A DNA stretch of 63,558 nucleotides, the filler included, from Collodictyon triciliatum (lineage: Eukaryota), in NCBI GenBank assembly GCA_043381765.1. It is 5 parts of 5 records of this genome, joined end to end, with 100 filler letters (N's around TTAATTAATTAA, not from the genome) between each part and the next. Parts side by side here need not be neighbours in the genome. Positions count along the whole stretch, not along the records: positions 54,957 to 59,975 come from JBHJMP010000727.1; positions 60,076 to 63,558 come from JBHJMP010000811.1; 3 more parts are not named here. One strand, written 5' to 3'. Shown piece after piece: positions 54,857 to 63,558 of the stretch. A program made the translations under genes and the position numbers. Position 1 is the first letter of the stretch; each line of letters opens with the position of its first letter. Under the pieces are notes generated by a model. The model saw nothing but the letters and a program-made list of their open reading frames with translations, ran no database searches and was not told the DNA's origin.

Positions 54857-54956
54857 NNNNNNNNNNNNNNNNNNNNNNNNNNNNNNNNNNNNNNNNNNNN
54901 TTAATTAATTAANNNNNNNNNNNNNNNNNNNNNNNNNNNNNNNNNNNNNNNNNNNN
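54857..54956. other. Artificial scaffold linker
   Basis: N44-TTAATTAATTAA-N44. Confidence 0.97.
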
Positions 54957-55310
54957 AAAGAAAAAAAGAAAAAAAGAAAAAAAGAAAAAAAGAAAAAAAG
55001 AAAAAAAGAAAAAAAGAAAAAAAGAAAAAAAGAAAAAAAGAAAAAAAGGAAAAAAGAAAAAAGAAAAAAGTTTGGCTCTCCAGCTGACCGCTGATTTTCC
55101 CCTCATTTTACTCTTGTGTTTATCTTTCTCTGTTGATACAGTTTCCCACTCCTTGTGGGCTTTACCCTCTTGCGCTTTGAAACGATTAAAGTTAAAAAAA
55201 AAAAGGAAGATATATTTCACCGTTAATATATGCTCAGCTTCGTCCAAAAGTCCATTTCTAACACTTTTAGTGGGCTATTCTTTTTGCCCTTCACAGCAAT
55301 ACTCTGGGGG

Positions 55311-58300
55311 ATGGACACAGACCCACTCGATCAAACATTCTACCAACATCTCCACGAAGTCGAGCAATTGTATCAGGATTTCCCCAAACAGGTTCGACAA
55401 TATCTCTTGCCGAAGACTCCGCGTGGCAAATCCTTTCCTTCTTTTTTTTTTTTGGATGCCTTCTAGTTGATTATCTCTCCCCCGTCCAATGAAGCCGATC
55501 AGCAACACATGTACTCTTTACTTTCTGAAACGCTCTTGGTTAATGGTGCATAATCGTCGAAACATGTAGGAGAAAATACGAGTAGAGGCTTGGGTTAATA
55601 AATTATGTGAAGTGTGTCCATTGCCATCATGGAAGCGCAATCGGTCTTTTTAATTTTTTTTATAGCGCCATTATACAATAATAGTTTTTGTTTACTCTTC
55701 ACTCTATCTGAATTGAATTGAATTGAAGTTGGATTTGTGATGCAGATTCATTCCATATTTCGAACGCTCTCACGCAGCTTCTTTATTCCAATATTGTTCG
55801 TCTATCCCTTTGATTTATTCTCTATTCAACAGGAATCGATATAGCCAGATCTTATTACACATGGTGAGGAAGAGAAGATTAGAACCCCCTTTAGACAAAA
55901 GACCCCCTCTTGATGACCTTAAAGTTCTTCCGAGTTGGCAGGTTTTCGATTTAAACACTTCACCATAAACATCCTCACAAATATGATTGTACAAGTGGGA
56001 TTATTTATATTCTACTTTCTCTTGATTGAAAGGTTTCAACTATACCCGAACCCAAAAATCCAAAGTCTCTTCGCTACGACCAAAAAGATTCCTTTCAATC
56101 TCATTCGAGGTCGAAATCGCCCAAATACGTATGACATTACATATCGCTTCATCATATACTCCACCCCTTTTAAAGATATCAATTTTTATTGCACTTGAAC
56201 TCTTTATGGTATTACAAACTAATTTCCTTTGTTGTTTTTATTTTTTTTTTTATTTTGCTGATTTGTTGGTTGCAGGAAGTGCGCTTCGATAGTGAACTAG
56301 ATACCGAACCGGCTTTTTTATCCCACTCAAAGTTTGTTTCGAATCACGTCAATCAATCAAGACAATCATCTACTAATTATGATTTAGGTTCATATCATAT
56401 TATATCATATCATATCATATCATATCATATCATATCATATCATATCATATCATATCATATCATATCATATCATATCATATCATATCATATCATATCATAT
56501 NNNNNNNNNNNNNNNNNNNNNNNNNNNNNNNNNNNNNNNNNNNNNNNNNNNNNNNNNNNNNNNNNNNNNNNNNNNNNNNNNNNNNNNNNNNNNNNNNNNN
56601 CATATCATATCATATCATATCATATCATATCATATCATATCATATCATATCATATCATATCATATCATATCATATCATATCATATCATATCATATCATAT
56701 TTTTACAAAAAGCAAGATACACAAATAAATAATCACTTAAGGTGCAGCGATGAAATCCAGTATCCGGGAAACGCATCAACAGCCCTCAGTAATTACCAAT
56801 CACCAAATTAAAGAGGACACATTTTATTTCTTTGAATTTTTTTTTATTTCTAGATAAACATTCACCCCGATGAAAAAAAAACAATAGCTCTCCCTTTCTT
56901 CCCATCGTGGCATCAGCCCATTCCAGAGGATAGGCGAAGAACCTCAGCTATTGGTACCTGACTAAAAGTTAAATTAAGAAGCCTCTTTTAATATCCTATT
57001 GAAAGGATGGCCAAGTATAATGATATATACATGTACCATATTTGTCCCCTTAGTCTACACTGAATTACACTATTGTTCTTCTGATTTAAAGATGTTCACA
57101 AGACCCACATCTCCTTCACCAGGACTTGCTCACGAGAAGGTAGATTTCCGCATCACGATTGAATGCACATATTACATTAAATTGTTGAATAGATACGCTC
57201 ATTGAGTGGGTTACTTCATCGAAAGCATTCAACAATTCACTAGTCTCAGAAAAACAAACACGAGAATTTCGAAAAGGATATCGCACAAATACATCAACAC
57301 TATGGACACGAGGTTTATACTACATTTGTTGTTTTAAAACTTCTATGTTATCTTATACAAATAAGCCAGATATTCTCAGTTAATTCTATATTTAATTTGT
57401 TGAATCCTTAAAGAATAATGAGTGATATGAATTTCATTCTCGATTTTCATACATTTCTACTTACAAAAGGATTATACTTGTGAATATAAGTATATAATTG
57501 CTACTATACACTAGATCAAGCTACTGAGGCAGCAACTCCAAGACCTCGACCAATCCTATACATCTGTTTGTTTCAATTGAATTCTTGACTCATGCTCTCT
57601 CTTATATTCTTTTTTTCCCGTGTAATATATATATATATATATATCCTGATATCTTTTCATGAATTGCGAATGATTTAGCTAAATTACAGGAAATAAGGCA
57701 GCGTGAGGTTCATTACAAGAAAGAACTACAGAGACTTGAAAATGACTTTCAAAATGAAGCACAGAGTTACAGAGACCAAACAAAAATATTGCGAAGCCAA
57801 GTAGAAGCACTTACCACACGACTTCAGCAACTTGAATCCCAAAAAATAAATGAGCTTATGGATAGGAAGCAAAAGGCGAGTCTTTCAATTTTTTTTGATA
57901 TTCCCTCGATGTATTTGTGACATTATTAAATAAATTTTGAACAACAAGCAAACAAAAAAGCAAACAAAAAAGCAAACAAAAAAGCAAACAAAAAAGCAAA
58001 CAAAAAAGCAAACAAAAAAGCAAACAAAAAAGCAAACAAAAAAGCACAAAACAATAGGTACATCAAGGGCAGGAAAAAATTGACATTCTTCAAAGGGAAC
58101 TTCACTCTTCTCAAGTGAGCCATGCCGAACAACACCAACGAATTTTTTCATTGGAAGCCGAAGTAGAAAACCTAAAGAAAGAGCTTGAGGAAAAAACTGT
58201 AAACATCGACCCTTCCTACGCCAATCAGGCTGAAGCCACGAAAAAGAGGCTCCAGAAGGAAATCGACATATTAAAAGAAGAGCTGGACCAAATGTCACAA

Positions 58301-59644
58301 AGAAACGCATCATTGGAATCTGCAAAGACATCTTTACAGGCAGAGGTAGATAGATTGAACAAAGTGAACTTGAATCTCTCAAAGAATATGATCGAATTGT
58401 CGGAGAAAATTGAAGCTCTTCAGGACGCACCTGAGCAGAACCAAGACATGATTGTAGAGTCGATGCAAAAGGAAAACAAGAGGCTAACGAGTCAAATTCA
58501 TTCCTTGGAAGCGACGGTGGAGTCATGGAAAATGAAATACGAGATGGAAAAAAAAGACGGACCTCCACAGCGAAAGGGTGATTCTGAAGAACAGCGCCAC
58601 TCATCTAAATTCTCTAGAGAACACGAGGATAGGACAAAGTCCACACGATTGGAGTCCAGCATCACACAATTCAGAAAATCTCAACTTGAATCCGACTCAA
58701 GAGATATAGAAAAATCGTACTCTGGCCATGAAAGCTTCTTATCGAAATTGAGAATTTCCAATCCAGCATCTTTGGAGTCATCCCAAAATAGCACTGAGCA
58801 TATCTTCAAAGTTTTTTTTTTATTCCTCACGATTTGATGACCATACTTTTTTCCCCTTCATTCGATTCATTTGATGGCCTTACTTATATTTCTCCCTGTT
58901 TTGACTGCACATACAAGAAATCCTATTGATGCAATAAGTATTAGTAATATTGTATGTGATTTGTCAATTTTTTCCTTCACTTACCAGGGGAGAAACTCTA
59001 CCCTTGGGGAGGCGAAAGAGGACTCTGCCGAAGGTCGAAAGCAGTCACCAAACTCACTGACGACTATCGGCAGGGACGTTAGTGGATTGAGCAAAGCAGA
59101 TGAGCTGTCTAATTCTCGCATATCTACGCGGGTGAATTTTTTTTTTTTTTTTTTTTACACGCCGCCACTTCGCAAAAAACTGTGACCGCCCGCGTGATTG
59201 TTTACCTCACTCATTCATCTCCCCTTCTCTTTTCACTTTTGGTCTCTTCGAAGGATTTTCAGATACAAAACTTTTACATCGAATGGTTATGTTTATTTCA
59301 CCTTTTGACCTTCAAAACAGAGATTCATCGAGCCTATATCTGAGTCTACCTTCGGAAGTGAAGGTGTCACCGATTTCCCAGCCACACAAAAACGCGCTGC
59401 TGCTCGGGGTACGGATGCACCAGAGCCTGAAGAGTCAGGCTTGGGTTCTTATGCATCTCTTGTAAGTTCAGCATATTATCCAGCGAATATCTGCCCCGTA
59501 TAGATTTTTGCAAGAATGCCACAGACTAAATTCGATTCAATCAACCAACTAACCGCATAACAGCACGGCCAGTCGAGGGTCAGAGGCAGCACGGAGAGAA
59601 ACTCAGGGCTGAAAAGCTTTTATTCATGGGGAGAGGCAGAGTAG
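55311..59644 (+). CDS. CEP112/CCDC46-like protein: N-terminal DUF4485 plus long coiled coils
   Basis: MDTDPLDQTFYQHLHEVEQLYQDFPKQ|EKIRVEAWVNKLCE..SWKRNR|NRYSQILLHMV..RLEPPLDKRPP..LKVLPSW fits the DUF4485 pattern (W..KL, RNxY..LL, PF..PP..L..LP). Heptad-rich exons 57690-57850 and 58115-58810. Last exon ends YSWGEAE*. Confidence 0.7.
56391..56700. repeat. (CATAT)n intronic microsatellite spanning a gap
   Basis: Read directly. Confidence 0.95.
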
Positions 59645-59975
59645 CCTGACTTTAGAGCGCAACAAATAAACATAAAACATAATATTATCACAAGTTAACA
59701 GTGACTATGAGAGTAAAAATGAAAATGAAAATGAAAATGAAAATGAAAATGAAAATGAAAATGAAAATGAAAATGAAAATGAAAATGAAAATGAAAGTCG
59801 AATGGTTGTTCGGTTTCATGCACACCCGCCTCGCGCTCGACTATGTCATATCCTCTCGTGAATACGCCTACGCCATGATTTCTTTTTGTCCCGACGTGGC
59901 AATTTTTAGTGTCATTCGCCAATTCCAATTTGACAGACGTGTCAAAGAATTAAAATAAAAAAAAAAACCAAAAAA

Positions 59976-60075
59976 NNNNNNNNNNNNNNNNNNNNNNNNN
60001 NNNNNNNNNNNNNNNNNNNTTAATTAATTAANNNNNNNNNNNNNNNNNNNNNNNNNNNNNNNNNNNNNNNNNNNN
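59976..60075. other. Artificial scaffold linker
   Basis: N44-TTAATTAATTAA-N44. Confidence 0.97.
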
Positions 60076-60249
60076 TTCTTTCTTTTTCTTTCTTTTTCTT
60101 TCTTTTTCTTTCTTTTTCTTTCTTTTTCTTTCTTTTTCTTTCTTTTTCTTTCTTTTTCTTTCTTTTTCTTTCTTCCATGACCTAATCCTTTATTTTCCCT
60201 CTCCGCTTAACTCTGGTATAACTTAAGTAAGTCACCTTAACGGGCTAAC

Positions 60250-62484
60250 ATTTTTGCTCCCTCTTTTGCTCATTCATGGTCGTTGGTCATATCTCCGCAT
60301 CAGTCAAATTGTTCGCTATTGCTTTTACAAGAATATTTGCTTCACTTTATCTCATTTATGGTTTTCGATCTTTACTGGATTCTCTGGACAGGTTAGTCTT
60401 TTGATATATTTGTCGAGTATACGGAAACAGCATCTTTTGTCGCACTTTTCGTGTTATTCTTCAAGATAAAATGCAAGTGTGCTTCACTAGACACTATTGG
60501 ACAGCTTCTACATTGCTGTATTCAACGTATTTTTCACTTCTCTGCCGATTATGGGCCTTGCCATTTTTGACCGTGATGTTCCAAAAAGAGCGATGCAGGC
60601 GTACCCGCAACTCTATACATACCGACAGCAGGCAGAAAGGGTATATACTTAGATGAATATATTAGTCTATTGAAGAATAATGTCCGAATTCTCCACGTTG
60701 CTCTAGACTTTTCTTCCTTTATTTTATTTTAAAAATAAATATAAAAAAACCACCAGACGGAACCTAAGAATTTTTTGGAGCATCTAAGATTTTGTATTGA
60801 ATAGTTTGACATGAGGAGCTTCTGGGTTTGGATATTGGACGGATTTATTCACTCGCTGGTACGTATCTGATCCTATTTTATGCAACTAACCAAGGCACAT
60901 AACCAGCTGACCCTTTGTATGAGAGATAATCAAGGCCATCTTTCAATATGATAATATGTTCCAGCAATATAATCTTGTTTAAACTGACGTCGACGGGTAG
61001 TGAGAAGCTCAAACTCATAATATTGCAACAGATATGTTTCTTCTTTCCATACTTGGTTTTTGTTAATCATGTGTCTTCGCTGGAAGATGGGACTGGTGGA
61101 GGTGATAGTTTATGGGCGCTAGGAACAACCTCCTATACATGTATCATTCTAATGGTTAACCTTAAGGTTTCGTTTATGACAAGGTAAGTGTAACCCTGTG
61201 GAATATTTTGCGAACAAGATTATCACAACCTATATATTTAATTGGAAAATATACGGGTTTGGCTAATTACCCAACTGAATTTTCTTTATGTAATCAGCAT
61301 TAATGTGAAGAGGATTGTTATAATGTTATTAGTACATGGACATTCTGGAATTGGTTCTTTACTGTCGGTAGCGTTGTCATATGGTTCATCTTCCTCGTAA
61401 TATACCATTCCATAAACGTCGTATCGATAGCAGAGGTCTATGGAATCTTTTTCAATCTTGCTGCGATGCCCGCTTTTTGGCTGACCATCTTTGCTGTTCC
61501 ACTACTTGGATGCATGGTTGACTTTGCTATTACAAGGTTACAATAAGATAGGGTCATCCCCCCCCCCCCCCCCGAAAAAAAAAAAAGGGAATTATCACTC
61601 TTTTTTTTTTTCAAATTTTATTTTTCTTTTTAATTCCTTTNNNNNNNNNNNNNNNNNNNNNNNNNNNNNNNNNNNNNNNNNNNNNNNNNNNNNNNNNNNN
61701 NNNNNNNNNNNNNNNNNNNNNNNNNNNNNNNNNNNNNNNNGATAAAAGAACAAAAAAAAACACAAAAAAAAAAATAAAAAAAAATGTGATTTTTATGTTT
61801 GTGTTATAAAAAAAAAAGGGGCCCCCCCCCCCCCCCCCCTAGGAAAAGAAGACATGAGCATTATTACTCTTTTTTTTTTTCAAATTTTCATTTTCTTCTA
61901 GAGTCCCTAAAATGAATTCAAATACATCATTACAGAAAAAAGCGCATATTTTTCTTAACAGTGAAAATCTAAAAAAATTATCTAACTTTTAATCGTGTCC
62001 CAATAATCATTTAGTGGGCGTGAATATATCCAACCCTCTTGCACTACGATTATCCGAGAGAGAGTATATATCGAAAGGGCCAGAAAAAAGAGTAGAGATT
62101 TTGTTCCAGACAACGTAGTGACGCACATCTCTTCGAATTCTCATGACGTACAGATGCGCGACCTAATCGCAGCGGAGCCTCATCATGGTGTGTATCACCA
62201 CGCTCATTTTTTTTATTTTTATGTATTCCAGTATGAAAATAATTATTTATGCCATATAATCGCTCATAAAAATATGTCAAAATCTCCTATTAAAATAAAA
62301 TATTCGGTGGTTGTCTGGGAGGCTACTACTTTGAATCGTATTGAGGTATGAATCATTACAACTAGATGATCAACGCCCAAGCGGCTCAGGAAGGTCTGGC
62401 TCCCCAAGGAGTAAACAGGTGGACCCTGTGAACCAGAGTAACGCGATTTATGGAGGCAACGACACTGCTTGGAAGGTTAGCTAA
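60250..62484 (+). CDS. P4-ATPase phospholipid flippase (Drs2/ATP8/ALA-like), C-terminal membrane region; 5' part absent
   Basis: [95 protein letters not shown]. End of gene approximate. Confidence 0.9.
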
Positions 62485-62909
62485 AAAGCCTTCCTCGCTT
62501 ATTGAAGCAACAGCGGATTCGATATGCTAGAGAAGAGACATAAAGGGAAAAAAAACCAATTTATTTCGTTATCAGCTCATACAGGCAAACCTTTGACTTT
62601 TTTTGTGGGTTTTAGTTTATTCATTTATCTATGGTCATCTTTTCTTTGCTGCTACCGCCCACCCCTTGAGTCTTATCTCAGCATGCCAGGTAATCGTTCC
62701 GTAGTAGATACTAGTAACAAGGAGAAGGCAAACGAGAGACAAGGGGGGAAATAATCAAAACTTGGATAAGTGAACAGGCTGTAGAGTCCGAATGGGGAGT
62801 GTTTGATAAAACATCCGGAGACTCGATGAATCTCTGGCGGCTATATTTGAAAGTTGGGACGCACAAGGGAGACTAGAGTGAGTGGAAGATTAACCAGGCT
62901 AGAATGGTC

Positions 62910-62935
62910 TTTGAATCGAATAAAGGAAGAAAAAA
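62910..62935 (+). mobile_element. Ultra-short poly(A) retro-insertion, family B
   Basis: tttgaatcgaataaaggaag-A(n) between perfect 18-bp direct repeats aaccaggctagaatggtc (62892-62909, 62936-62953). Confidence 0.8.
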
Positions 62936-63466
62936 AACCAGGCTAGAATGGTCGTTGGAAAGAGACTAACACTGCTTTTACAGAGAAAGGTGTAGAACGG
63001 AAGGCACAGCGCAGGTCTCCGAGTTTCAATCGCACGGCAACATGTCAGAAGCAGATTGCTTGTCAGTGTAGTTTTGTGATGGGCTTTGGCCTCGCTGCTA
63101 ACAGCCAAATTTATAGTATTGGCCAGCGAAGTGGAGCGTGTGTATCTGAGTAGAAATGTCTGTTATATATTCCGCAAATGGATGTTTCGACGAAATTTTA
63201 CCTTGTTTTTGGAATGATCGATGAAGCCTCAGGCCAGAGTGTTTGTGTTTGCTCGGACGAAAGCACAGCCGCGATTGTGAGGAATAAATCCCAAGGCGGA
63301 CGGACGCAAGATTGGGCTCGAAGAGTAGATCACGCCCGATTGTTGCAAGGGCGGTCATAAATTGCTCCTGCTGTTCGGCTCTCTATTGCTTTCTCTCTTT
63401 TTCATTTTCGTTCATCTCCACTTCCTTTTTTGTTTCTTTTTTTGTTTCTTTTTTTGTTTCTTTTTT

Positions 63467-63558
<92 letters not shown>

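Noticed and set aside
59127-59199. GC-rich 35-mer next to poly(T) as another micro-insertion
   Set aside because: Flanking similarity is weak and no second copy was found
49398-62484. Apparent cytoskeleton and membrane cluster (WASP, CEP112, flippase)
   Set aside because: The three genes are on separate scaffolds joined by linkers

Overview
AT-rich, intron-dense, microsatellite-rich genomic DNA from a eukaryote, most likely a unicellular protist. The window is five scaffolds joined by artificial 100-bp N44-TTAATTAATTAA-N44 linkers (11863, 25120, 54857, 59976), so gene order across linkers means nothing. Genes reconstructed by manual splicing: a partial giant Kelch / FxFG-repeat / SPRY-like protein; a Hippo/MST STE20 kinase with a SARAH domain; an intronless orphan multi-pass membrane protein; class III ADH (partial); a CaMKK-like kinase; an APC amino-acid/polyamine transporter; an ISWI remodeller split by a 4.7-kb block carrying a SUMO-like-domain gene and the 3' part of a FAM214/Atos gene; a WH1-less WASP-family protein (Cys/His motif, polyQ, CRIB, coiled coil, polyPro, VCA); a CEP112-like DUF4485 protein; and the C-terminus of a P4-ATPase flippase. 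A decayed APE-type LINE is also present. Main highlights: two families of ultra-short (about 18 and about 45 nt) poly(A)-tailed insertions with target-site duplications and recurring 5' ends, the unusual WASP architecture, and a probable AT-AC minor intron. All family assignments come from motif recognition by eye, not database searches.
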